A stretch of DNA of 64,000 bases from Neocallimastix sp. 'constans' (lineage: Eukaryota). Below are positions 1-13,370 of this stretch, piece by piece; positions within the stretch are counted from its first letter, which is position 1, and each line of letters starts with the position of its first letter. The notes under the pieces are model-generated. The model searched no databases. It was not told the origin of the DNA and worked only from the letters and a program-made list of their open reading frames with translations. The position numbers and the translations under genes are program-made. The stretch is from the NCBI GenBank assembly GCA_050613775.1, contig JBODTK010000104.1, positions 186,001 through 250,000 of the forward strand. Direction: 5' to 3'.

Positions 1-651
1 GTAATATAATATTTATAGGAGAATGAATATAATAATTAATTATTTTATTTTATTCAATAAATCAAAGATAATAACATGTTAAAATTCTTTTATATATATA
101 TATATAAACCTAAAAAATATTATATTAAAAAATAAAAATAAAAAATTTCTGTTATATTTATTTTTGATTTATATATTATTGTTAATAATAGATACTGTTT
201 ATCATCATAAAATATAACTTTAATTTAAATATTTTATAAATTATAAATACAACTAATTAATAAATAAATGTTTTATAATTTTGCCAATTCTACATACAAA
301 TATTATTGATTGAATACAAAATTTGATTCCAATTTAAAAACAAAGCAATTAAAAAGAAAGGAAAAAAGAAATATCATTTATTATTAATTGGCACTATCAT
401 ATTACTAACATATTTTTATATTTTTTTTTGTATAAAATTATAATATAAAAATAATATTTAAAACTTTATTAATTTAAAATAAATATTCTATAATAACAAA
501 GAAAAATCAATTGAAATGAACTACATAATAATAAATTTATAGAACTTTTCAATACATATTAAAAAATATATAAAATAATAATTAGATAAATATATATAAT
601 AAAAAAATAAAAGAAAAAAAAAAAGGATGATTGCTTCAAAATTGTCATTAC

Positions 652-688
<37 letters not shown>

Positions 689-1163
689 CATAAAAATCTC
701 AAAATAAAAATAAGATAATCAAAATAAATAAATAAATAAATATATAAAAATATTAATTGATAGAACAAATATATATATATTTTAATAATAAATAATAAAA
801 TAATTTTTAATTAATTTAATAAGCAAATGAAAAAGAAATAATAATAATAAAAAGAATAATATATATATTAATATTGGTTTATTTTATCAAATACATTAAA
901 GAGAAATATATATATATAATTTAAAACTATATAAAAACAAGAATGAAATCAAAATCTAATATTATATATATATAATTATTATTATACTAATTAATTTATT
1001 TTATTATTATACATTTATACATATTATATTTATATCATAAATAAAATATTTTATATTATCAAAATATATAATTATATATACTATAAATGAATAATAAATA
1101 AATAAAAGTAAAGTTTAATAAGGATATTTTTAAGAAGAAAATATATCAGAGATAAAAGAAAAC

Positions 1164-1967
1164 ATGTCCAACGAAATTCAGGATAATGGATGGAGATTTG
1201 CCCAATGTTTCGGTGAAAAGGGTGATCTTGAAGAAATTAATGAAGGTAAAAATATTTATAGATAAGATATGATCTTAAAATAATAAATAAATTATATGTA
1301 ATAAATTAAATATAAATAAAAAAAAAGTGAAGAAAAAGAAAAATGATAATAAAAATTATATGACAAACGATTAATTTTAATAATGAAAATAATGTATCAT
1401 CCATTTGTATAAATGTGTACAATCCATTTCTAACATCAAAACTATAATTTATAAAAATTTAAATTTTTATTTTTTAAAAAAAAATACATCTGTAACTAAT
1501 ATTTGATACATAAATAATATGTACTTCCATATTTATGTATATAATTAATAGAATAATTATATATGTTACTCTATTTTATAAAGTATAATTAAATATATTT
1601 TATAATTAAATATAATTAAATGTTGTTATCTATAAATAAAATAAAATTTATTTTTTTTTTTTTTTAAAAAAGAGTGAATATTTTAATATCATTATTATTA
1701 ATATAGTACTATTCAAGAAAAAAAGTTATTATAGAAATAAGAGATAAAGATGATAAAAAATATATATTTTATATAACATAATTAAAATAATAATTAATAT
1801 GATGATATATAAATAATTTAATATAATAAAAAAAAAAAAAGCCGATATTATTTCTGCCGTTGAATTCGATGAAACTGGTGATTATTTGGCTACTGGTGAT
1901 AAGGGTGGTAGAGTTGTTTTATTCGAAAGAAACGACACTGTAAGAATTGGGAAAAAAATTATTATCA

Positions 1968-2020
<53 letters not shown>

Positions 2021-2079
2021 TTTATAAATTATTATTAATTGTATATTAATAACTATTAATTAATCATATGTCTCATTAT

Positions 2080-2115
<36 letters not shown>

Positions 2116-2461
2116 TTTTAATCAACATTAAAATATAAAAATATTATTAACATAAAATTATAATCTATTTCATATTAATATTAATATTAAAACTTTGATT
2201 TAATATAATAATTGAAAAAAAAATTAATAGAAAAAGAAATGTGAATACAAATTCTACACTGAATTTCAATCTCACGAACCAGAATTTGATTATTTAAAAA
2301 GTTTAGAAATTGAAGAAAAAATTAATAAAATTCGTTGGTGTAAAAGACAAAACGCTGCCCACTTTTTATTATCTACAAATGGTAAATTATGTTATTAAAT
2401 AAAAAATATTTAAATATATATATAATAAAATAAAATATGATAAAAATAAAATACAAATAAA

Positions 2462-2498
<37 letters not shown>

Positions 2499-3439
2499 TA
2501 TTTTCATATATACATATATATATAATTTTCTGTATTATAATTATGATATTTATTGAAAATTTTATATAAATATAAATTTCCTATTTTTATATTATCATGC
2601 TCAAATATATATATTTTATATTATTTTTTTATTCGATTTATTGTTTTATTATATTCATATTATTTTACATAATTTAATTTTTGTCATTGAAAATATAAAT
2701 ATTTTTATTACAAATATTTTATATCAAAAGATAAAACTATTAAGTTATGGAAAGTTTTTGAAAAATCAATTAAAGTTGTATCCGAAAATAATTTATCCGA
2801 TGGAATGCAAAAACCAACTTCTTTCACAAGAGAAAGTTTAAAATTACCAACTTTAATTCATCATGATACTATTATTACTGCTGTTCCAAAAAAGATATAC
2901 CAAAATGCACACACATACCACATTAATTCAATATCTGTTAACTCAGATGGTGAAAGTTATCTTTCTGCCGATGATTTAAGAATTAACTTATGGAACTTGG
3001 AAATTTCAAACCAAAGTTTCAGTATCCTTTATATATATATATATATATATTAATTAATAATATATTTTATTTTTATTTTTAATTTTAAGTCATACAACAA
3101 TAAAAAAAAAAAAAAAAAAAAAAAAAGTTATTATTCCTTAATAAATTTCTTTTGTTTTTATATTATTTATTATTGTTATTGTTATTATAAATTTATTATT
3201 TTTATATTAATTATTGATTAATTAAAGATATTTTGGATATTAAGCCAGTAAATATGGAAGAACTTACTGAAGTTATTACAGCTGTAGAATTCCACCCAGA
3301 ACATTGTAATACTTTCTTATATAGTAGTAGTAAAGGTACCATCAAGATTGGTGATATGAGAGCTGCCGCACTTTGTGATCAACATGCTAAAGGTATACAA
3401 AATAACAATAGCAGTTTATATTTAATTATTATTTCATTC

Positions 3440-3476
<37 letters not shown>

Positions 3477-3947
3477 TTAATACGTCTATCTTATTCATCT
3501 TATATTATATAAATTTATATATATATTAATCAATAAATATTAAATTCATTATTAAAAATATACTCTACTATATTTAATAAAATATAATAAATATGATAAT
3601 ACAATTTAATTACTAAATTAACCAAAAGTTTATGGTGAAGATGATGATAGTACTAATAAGACTTTCTTCTCAGAAATTATTTCATCCATTTCTGATGTTA
3701 AATTTAGTCCAAACGGTCGTCACATTATTTCAAGAGATTATCTTACTTTAAAAATTTGGGATGTTAATATGGAATCAAAACCAGTTCAAACTATTTTAAT
3801 TCATGATTTAAGAAACAAACTTTGTGATTTATATGAAAGTGATTCTATCTTTGATAAATTTGAATGTACTATGGATGGTACTGGACTGTATCCTTTTCTT
3901 AATATATATATAATTAATTATATTTTCCTTTGTTTTTTTTTTTTAAA

Positions 3948-3978
<31 letters not shown>

Positions 3979-4455
3979 TATAGTAAAAGTATATATTCAT
4001 AATTCATTAATATTGATTATTAAACCTTAACCAAATTTTTCTACAATTCTTTTTTATTTTATTTTATTTTATTTTTAATTGTATATAATTTTTTAAAAAA
4101 AAAAATAATAATAATAATAATAATAATAATAATTTTAATACTAATGCAAAATTTTAAATAAAACAGTAATATATTAAGTGGTTCATACAGTAATTACTTC
4201 CATGTATATAATCATGAAACTGAAAATGATATAGTATTACAAGCCGATAAAAGTGTATTCCAAACTAAATATACTGGTTCAATGAAGAATAAGGGACTTG
4301 AATGCCAAGTTTCACCACAAAAACGTGAAGAATTATACTACAATATTAATTCTTTAGATTACAACAAGAAAATATTACAAGCTTCATGGCATCCAAAGGA
4401 AAACATTGTTGCACTTGCTGCCACTAACAATTTATTCTTATTCCAAAAAGTTTAA
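1164..4455 (+). CDS. CDC55: Protein phosphatase 2A regulatory subunit B/B55 (WD40), 7 exons: 1164-1245, 1842-1939, 2231-2381, 2731-3021, 3228-3392, 3629-3887, 4167-4455
   Basis: Exons join in frame across GT-AG introns. Translation gives hallmark B55 motifs [118 protein letters not shown], and [16 protein letters not shown], followed by TAA. Confidence 0.96.
3022..3227 (+). other. CDC55 intron 4, U12-type (minor) GT-AG intron candidate
   Basis: Donor GTATCCTTT at 3022. Branch-like TTCCTTAAT at 3134-3142. The first downstream AG is the acceptor at 3226-3227. Confidence 0.8.
3888..4166 (+). other. CDC55 intron 6, U12-type (minor) GT-AG intron candidate
   Basis: Donor GTATCCTTTT at 3888. Branch-like AACCTTAAC at 4023-4031. 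The first downstream AG is the acceptor at 4165-4166. Confidence 0.8.
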
Positions 4456-5305
4456 AATTAATTTTTACTAACGCTAATATATAATATAAATCAAAAACAA
4501 AAATTTTTTTTTTTTTTTAAAGAATTAAACTTTAAATAAAAAAAAAATAATAAAAAAAAAAAAAAGAAAAGAAAAATAATGAATATAATAAAATAAAGTA
4601 TTAAAAAAGATAAAAAAAATTATAATAAAAAATAAAATAATAATTAAAATATATATATATAATTGAAAATTTTTTAAAATATTAACAAAAAAAAAAAAAT
4701 TGACAAAATCTTTTTAAATTAATGTTTTTTTTTTTTTTTTTTATTTAAAAAAAAAAAAAAATTAAAACAAAAAATAAAAATAAATAATAATAATAAAAAA
4801 AAATTGAAAAAAAATAAAAAAAAAAAAAATAAAACAATAGAAAAATAAAAAAAAAAAAATTATTTTTTTTTTTATTTTTTTTTATTTTTTTTTTTTATTT
4901 TTTTTATTTTTTTTTTTTTTTTTTATTTATTTTTTATAAATATATAATTCTTAGAATAACTTATATATAAATTTTTTTTTTCTTTATATAATAAAATAAA
5001 AAAAAATTAAAATAAAAAAAATTTAAATAAAAAAATAAAAAAAATTCTTTTTTATATATAATTAAAAATATATATTAAAAAAAAAAAAAAATATTTAAAA
5101 TAAAAAATATATATATAAATATAAATTGTAATATATAATTTTATAAAAATATAAAATATATATATAATACATAAACTATTAAATATTTAGTATAAAATAT
5201 ATTTATATATATAAATAATAGTCATAGATCAAAAAATAGAATGTAATAAAATAAAATATTAATCAAAAAAAAAAAAGTTGTTATTACTATATTTCTTTTT
5301 AAAAA

Positions 5306-5365
<60 letters not shown>

Positions 5366-5843
5366 AATTTATATATTTATATCAAGTTTGTTTATATCTA
5401 ATACTACAAAAGAATTTATATTTATTGATGACATATAATGTATATTATCTCCTAAAAACATTTTATTCATTTTATTCATTTTATTCATTTTATATTACTA
5501 TTATCTTTTTATTAAATTAGCCAATGATATAATGATATGGACTGTTTTTCCTGGTCCATTGAGAGTTGAAGGAAAAAGGAATGGCCTTATATCAAGTGTG
5601 TACTAATTAACCAGTTTTCTATAATTATGATGATAATCGATGGTTAACTTTTTCTTAAGTGGCTTCTTCTAGTACGTACGAAAAGAGAGAAATTTTTGGA
5701 ATATACGATGACAATATAGATGGTGAACCTGATCTTTTTTGTCGTTTTAAACTTGGATATGTTAGTAACATTGGAGTTGTATCATTAATAATATCAGTTA
5801 GTTTCTACATATTATCAATGTAATGAATCTATTGTATTTTTTT

Positions 5844-5891
<48 letters not shown>

Positions 5892-6454
5892 AGTATTATT
5901 TTATTAAATGAATTTTTCTATAGTATTATTTAAAACTCATGTAGCTCTTTGTAAAGATGGAAATTGTAGGAGATTGATTTACTACAAAAACTTGTGTTTT
6001 AAGATTTTATTTAACGGATGGGATTCTTTATATATATATATATAGCCTTTCACTACTAACATTATATTTTCCTTTTCATTTTAGTTTTTATATGATTATT
6101 TTACAGAAAATTATTATATTAATCAGAGCTTTATTAATTGAAATAAAAGAAATAAAAAATTCAATATTCAAAATATGAAAAAAAAAAAAAAAAAAAAAAA
6201 AAAAGATTATTCATTATAACAAAATATACTAGGTTAGTTTATTTTATTTAAATAATTATCATATAAGGCAAAAAAGAAAAGAAAAAACTTTATATCATTT
6301 TAATTTTTTTTTTTTTTTTTTAATTTTTTTATATTTATATTTTTTTATATTTTTTTTTTTTTTTTTAGTTTTTGTTTTTTTATATTTATATTTCTTAATT
6401 TTAAGCATTTTAATTTATAATAGTTTCATTTTTATCAATTTGTAATTATAGTTC

Positions 6455-8140
6455 ATTATGGAAAAGATATTTCACCGGAGGGAGTTCTCGCTGTTATGGA
6501 ACATCTATTGACAACACCAGGTTGGTTTTTATTCATGGTATACATTCATGGATCAATGCTAAAATGAAGGAATTTATTCATTTTTGATGTAAAAAAAAAA
6601 AAAAAAAAAATTCAAGGATAATATTTCGTCAGTGAAATGAATTACTAAATTCAATGATAGTTTCTTCAGGATTAAAGTATACACACTTTAAAATTTCAAC
6701 CATGCAAAATTTGTTAAAGTATTTGAAAAAGCAATATCAGGAGTAAAAAATTTCATAGTTTAGATATTCCAAATGAAATCATAAGGTTTCTTTTCAACAT
6801 TTAAAACAAAAATTTTATATCTAAATGGCACATCCATTGATACAAACTTCAACAAATCTCATTTCAATTAATTTAATAAGTATTATAAATAATAATCATG
6901 AACTCAATGTTCTCAATATCTCTAATCTTAATTCTCAAAAACCAATTTCACATTCTAGCACGGAAAAGTTTTCTTTTTATCTTAGTTGGGAATACCAATG
7001 GATGAAATTTTGTGAAAAGAGATAGTATTGAGTAACACTTCCCAACTATAAATATTTCCAGAAAAGAATGGATCCAACTACGCCAGGTTCCATGAAAGGT
7101 TTATATTTTGGGTATCATGTCTCCTGTCAAGCAGGACTTTGAAGATAATTTCTATATTCATCTTATTGTTTTAACAACATTAAGAGTCTATATGAAATTA
7201 CTCTAAGTGTTCTGTAAGGGTAATGACTATATTCCCACTAAGAAACACTCTTTTCAAGACCGATATGCTTTTCTCTGATGTTTTCACATGGCCTCAGAAT
7301 CACACTAATCATTCATCTATTCTTCTTTTTTGAAAACTATAACATGAGTACCTCTGATTTACAAGACAAATTAACGGACCAGTAATCTTGGTATCTGGTT
7401 TATTCTTCTGATTAATGGTTCACCTATTTACATGGACTAGAGGTAGGTATTCATCAGATATTGATCATGCCTTAGTCAACTCAAATAATGCTGTATAAAA
7501 TATCAAATGCTTACTTTGTTGATTATCCTTCTATATCTAATCATAAACCGTTCAGTTTATTATAAGAAAATTATCACAGATGAATCATTTTTGTTACTAA
7601 AAAAAAAAAATAAAAAAAAAAAAATTGTAAGGTGAGATAGATATAAATGTCTTGAACTTACGAAAGAAATTTGTGATCATAATAAATTTAGCATTCTTAG
7701 TGAATAATTTAGGAAATGGAGAAACTTTCAGCAGATAGTATAATTGAAAAGTTCATCATCACTACTAATTCCATCGCAAAGGGATTTATCAATTATATCG
7801 TCAACAGAAATCAGAAAAAAACGATGTTTAGAATGTTCCCGCAAAATTTATTGCCTTCAAAAGGTAAAACATATAAAATATAAACAAATTAAGAGTTTTA
7901 ATTCTGCAAGTGTTTCCATTGAATTTGCTAAAATTGTTGACTCGTATAATAGACTATGTAAATCAATTCATAAAAAATGTTATGAATTTAGTAAAAAAAA
8001 AATAAAAATAAAAATAAAAATAAAAATAAAAAAGAGAATATTTATAATATTTATATTGGATTAAAATTGGATGTTCGTTAGCTCTTAAAAAAAAAAAAAG
8101 ATAGTAGAAAAGCATGGAAATGGGTAAAAAAAAAAAGAAG
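6455..8140 (+). mobile_element. Decayed non-LTR retrotransposon (LINE) 5' region with an AP-endonuclease domain; frameshifted and stop-ridden
   Basis: Less AT-rich than its flanks. Allowing frameshifts it reads SW/NTNG (6984-7002, APE motif I), GNDYIP, TWTRGRYSSDIDHALVNS (7430-7483) and DYPSISNHKP (7521-7550, SDH-like motif), in the order expected for a LINE endonuclease. Boundaries are approximate. Confidence 0.8.
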
Positions 8141-8382
8141 GTGAAATATTAATAATTATTTTTTATGATGTAGTATCAAATATACCAAATAATGTTTGAT
8201 ACATTAAAAGAATTGTATTTAAATAATGTAAACCAATTTTTAATTTTTTGTATTTAAAAATTTTTCCCAGTTTTAAAAAAAAAAAAAAAAAAAAAAAATT
8301 ATTACAAAAACGTGATATCTAAAATACGATTGGTTAGAATTTAAAATTTTAAAATATAATAATAATAATAATAATTTAAAAA

Positions 8383-8423
<41 letters not shown>

Positions 8424-8571
8424 TTTTTATAAAAAAACTATAATAAATAATAAAATTCATATTACAAATTTATAAATATAATTTATATTAAATTTTTTAA
8501 TAAAATTTATATATTTTGGTAAATATATAAAAATGAAACTATGGAATATCCATTAAAAAACAAAACTTTTT

Positions 8572-8606
<35 letters not shown>

Positions 8607-9380
8607 TGTTTTTGAAAACTCTTCTCCACCTCCACTTTTTTTTTTTTTTTTTTATTTATTTATTTATTTATTCATTCTAAACTCTTTTAATTACACAAAA
8701 ATTAAATTATATAGCAAAAATTTTACCATATGATTTTTATTAATTTACCTAAAAAAAAAAAAAAAAAACTATATATTATACTATTCATTTAATTAATATA
8801 TAAACTTTATAATTATATTTATATTTTTACTTATATTTATATTTTTTTTTGAAACTATATTTTATTGAATAAATAGAAATAAAAAAAAAAAAAAAAAAAC
8901 AGAATATATTTCAAAGCATTTATATATATTAATTTATAATAAAATACTTTGATGAAATTAATAAATAATTATCAATACTTATAAATCATAATCTAATTAG
9001 TTTTATAAAATCTTTTTATAATTATTTTATATATATATATATTATAGCTTAAATAGTTATTCAGTTTTCTAAAAATTTTATTTTAATGATACGAAAAAAA
9101 TAAATATATATATATATTATTATTATTATTATTATTATTAACATGAATACTAATTATTAATAAATAAATAATAAAAATAAATATACTGATAAAAAATGAT
9201 ATGTCAATAATTAATAGTGAAAATAAAAATAATTAAATAACTGGTTTGGTTTTGTTTTTGGTTTTGGTTTTGTTTTCAATTGTTTAATTTATACAATTTA
9301 TACTATATATATATATATATCATTAATTATATATAATAAGTATTTTTAATAAAGTTGATATTTTAAAGATATATGTAAAA

Positions 9381-10886
9381 TTATTTTCCTTCATCCATTT
9401 TTTCCGTTGTATCCTTTTGTGGTAACGTATTTTTTAAATGTTCTTGAATTGCTGCCATAGGGTTACTTTTAAACTCGTTTAATTTTAAAATATTTTGAAA
9501 ACGAATCATTTCCTGTATGCTATATTAATTTTGTTTCAATTAAGATCATTATAAAAATAATATATATATATATATATATTATAATCACATTAATGAATTT
9601 TTATTTTTTATTTTTTTTTTTGTTTTTTGTTTTTTGTTTTTTGTTTTTTTACATATATATATATATATATAAATAGAAATATATTTTATATAATAATATC
9701 TCCTATTTTATTAATATTTACGCTAAATTTTTTCTAGAATTTTTTGATAACTTTGGAGCCACACCACTATTATCAGCATTAACAATATCTTCATGAACGA
9801 TATCAATGGCATCTTTAATTTGATTTAATGAAATTTGAGTCTTTGTCTTCTTCTTTTTTGAGTATGCTTGATTTAACTCTTTTTTTAATGATATAATGAT
9901 AATTATTGATATTATTCATGATTAATAATTAATTTAAAAAAAAAAAAATTAAATAGCGTTTAAAAATAAAATAAAATAGAATAATAGCTTGATATTTTAC
10001 TATTTAACCAGTTTTCGTGTCTTTGTCTTCTTCTATCTTTTTTTATTTCAGCCAACTTTTATTTATTAAATATTATAATATTATTATTAATAATTATATA
10101 TATATATTATAAAAAAAAAATTAGTACATATATATTCAAATATTCTTTACTTATTTTTTTTTAAAAAAAATATATATATATATATAAAAATAATAATAAT
10201 AAATAAATAATAGTTATAATAATTTTAATAATTCTTAATATTAATGAAATATATTATATTCAAAATAATAAATATTTAAATATTATACATATTTAATTCC
10301 CATTCATATTAATATATGAATACGTATATATGTATATTTATATTGAAATTAGTTTTAAATAACTTTTATTATGTTAAATTATTCATTATTTTTATTTATA
10401 TTTTAATTTATTTAATTGGATTGATGTTTATTATTTGAAATTTTAAAAATTCTAACATTCAAACATAAAGGTACATTTATTAATACAATATTGGCTTAAT
10501 AATTAGATTTTGAAATTGCCTTCACATATTATTATAATTATTAAATAGAAACAGTTTGATGTCGTCATAATTAAGGATAGATAAATGTGATTTTATTTTA
10601 TAATATATTAAAATGAATGAATGAAATCTGTTATAAATTTTTTTTTTTAAAAAAAAAATTTAAAAATGAATTTTCACTTTGTAGTATTAATTTGAATCAT
10701 TTTACAATACTTTATCTCTCTAAAAGAATATATAAATAAATTATTTACATTTTCTGGTTTAGTATTTTCCGAAGTGGAAAATTTTTTTACAGCATTGTCT
10801 TGAACTGAAAAAGGACGATTAGAAATATGTGATGAATCAATTGGTCTAGCATGATATCTAGTTCTCTCTCTTTTTATTTTTGGCAT
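9381..10886 (-). CDS. SLX9: SLX9/FAM207A-like ribosome biogenesis protein, 4 exons: 10886-10749, 10055-10001, 9878-9722, 9519-9381
   Basis: In-frame GT-AG assembly reads MPKIKRERTRYH..., KKDRRRQRHENWLNKL and C-terminal QEMIRFQNILKLNEFKSNPMAAIQEHLKNTL, which matches the SLX9 pattern as I recall it. Confidence 0.8.
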
Positions 10887-12989
10887 CTTTATGAATATAT
10901 ATATACACATTAATATTTATATAAATTTCATATTGGATTTTTAAAATAAATATATATAATAGTTGGAAATTAATTGGATTATTTGTGTATATAAATAAAA
11001 TAAAAATAAATTCGTAAAAATTAGTAATTTATAATAATTTTTATAACACTAATACAAATAAAATTCCGAAATTTTATATATATATATATTTAAAATCTTT
11101 TTAATTTTTTTTTTTTTTTTTTTTTTGTAGAAATGATGAAAAAATAAATAATAAAAAAAAAAAATTAGTAAACGCATACATTTAATTGAAACTAACGTTA
11201 AAATCTATTTATAATGATTATCGTTTAAAGTAATGAAAATTATAAAAAGTTAGCAATAACCTAGTAATAATAATAATAATAATAATAGTTACAATAATAA
11301 TAATAAAAATAAAAAAAAAAAAAAAAAAAATTTAAAATCTATATATATATATAATATAATAGTGTATAGGTTAGATTTATTTAGTTTTTTGGAGATTTAA
11401 ATTTATTAAACAATAAAAAAAAATTTATATGGAAAACCAAAAATTAAATATACTATGAAATTGTTTTAATTTTAAACTTTGAATTTATGAATATTTAAAA
11501 TAAAAAATAAATAATAATTATAATAATAATTATAAATACAAATAAGAAAAAACAAAAGAAAAAAGAATTTTAACAATTATAGATTAAATATATCAAACAT
11601 TTAAAGTATTTTTAAATCAATCATTGGTATTTGAAAATTGTTAGAAAATTAATATTTTAGTTTACAATTTAATTAACATTTTAATTAATACTTTTACTTT
11701 ATTACAACTTTTATTATTATTTTAAATATCAAATAGGATATTACAAATAAATAAATACATATAATTTAGTTTTAAAAAATATTTGATTTTCAATAAAATT
11801 CTTTTATGTTATTAATATAAAAACATGTATTTAATGTATTGAAATATGTATGATCCATTGAAATGTAATTTATATGTATAAATACCTTTATTAAATTATA
11901 TATTATTTAAAAAACAAATCTTTTACTTTAAATATAGTAACTAAACAAAATATTGAGATTTTTAAAAAAAAGTATAATAAGAGTAAAAAATAAAATAAAA
12001 AAAATAAAAAGTAAACTTTTAATTACTTTTTTTTTTTGTTTAAAAAGTGGTTTAATATATAATAATATATTTTTAAATAACAGTAAATATAATTTTATAT
12101 TATGTATAAAATAAAATGATATAGTTAAAACCTTTTTTTTTTTATAGTGAAATTATTATTAAATATATATATATAAATTAACATGAAATATAAAAAGTCA
12201 TAAATTTCTCATTTAAAAAATAAAAGCTATACAAACTAAAAATTAATAATACTATTAAAAAGATATTTTTATTACAAAAAAAGAAAAAAAAAGTTTATAT
12301 TATAACAGATACTGTTTAAAAGTTTAATAAAATTGCATTTTTATAGTATTAACTCAATCAAATATATATATATATTAATAGAAAGTTAGGACAAAAATTA
12401 AAATTCTTCATTTTTTCTAATTGATATAGTATAAATTTTATTTAGTAATAGAAATTAATATAGTACTTTGAAATTTATATTATTAATAAATATTTTTCTG
12501 TTATAAACTTGTCATCTTCTCTAGTCAGTTAGGAAAATGAGATAATGTAAAAACCAGAATTCATCTCCCTAATATGTCAAATATTCAATTATCTAATTAT
12601 TATAATAAGAGATATACTCTAGAGGATTTTTATTATTACAAGTCATTATGAGAAGAGTTTTTTTATTTAGTAGTTGTCTGTTGAAACACATTACACTTTT
12701 TTGAATATATATATGTATTTAGAATATTTATAATATTAAAATATATGATATTAAAAGCTTGAAATATATTAATAATGTTAATAATGGAGTGATTAGTAAA
12801 AAGTAGAAACATTAGTAATAACAATACAAATATAAAAATATGATACAAATAAAAATTAACATCATAATTATAATTAAAATTGTAAAAGAAATATAAATAT
12901 TGGTATAATTTAATGAAATATGAAATAATAAATTAATTTAGCAATATTAATATATTATTTTTTATATTTATAATGTATTATATATTTAT

Positions 12990-13370
12990 AAATTATTTAT
13001 TATTTATTATTTATTATTTATTATTCAATTATTTATTATTTATTATTTATTATTTATTATTTATTAATTATTATTTATTATTTATTATTTATTATTTATT
13101 ATTCAATTATTATTTATTATTTATTATTTATTATTCAATTATTATTTATTATTTATTATTTAATTATTTAATATTTATTATTTATTATTTATTATTTATT
13201 AATTATTATTACTTATTACTTATTACTTATTATTACCTATTACTTATTACTTATTTATTATTTATTATTTAATTATTTAATATTTACTATTTACTATTTA
13301 CTATTTAATATTTACTATTTATTATTTGCAATTTATTATTTATTATTTATTATTTATTATTCATTTTATT
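12990..13370. repeat. Degenerate (TTATTTA)n heptamer repeat array
   Basis: Visible imperfect 7-mer repeats with TTACTTA variants. Confidence 0.85.

Noticed and set aside
4032..4166. Nested (stwintron-like) splicing of CDC55 intron 6 using the GT at 4081 or the AC near 4043
   Set aside because: The resulting products would delete conserved-length residues or retain intronic sequence. The simple 3888-4166 intron gives the expected protein.
10490..10580. Possible intronic C/D snoRNA in SLX9 intron 1 (ATGACGA box-C-like on the minus strand)
   Set aside because: No CTGA D box at a suitable position and no rRNA complementarity that I could confirm.
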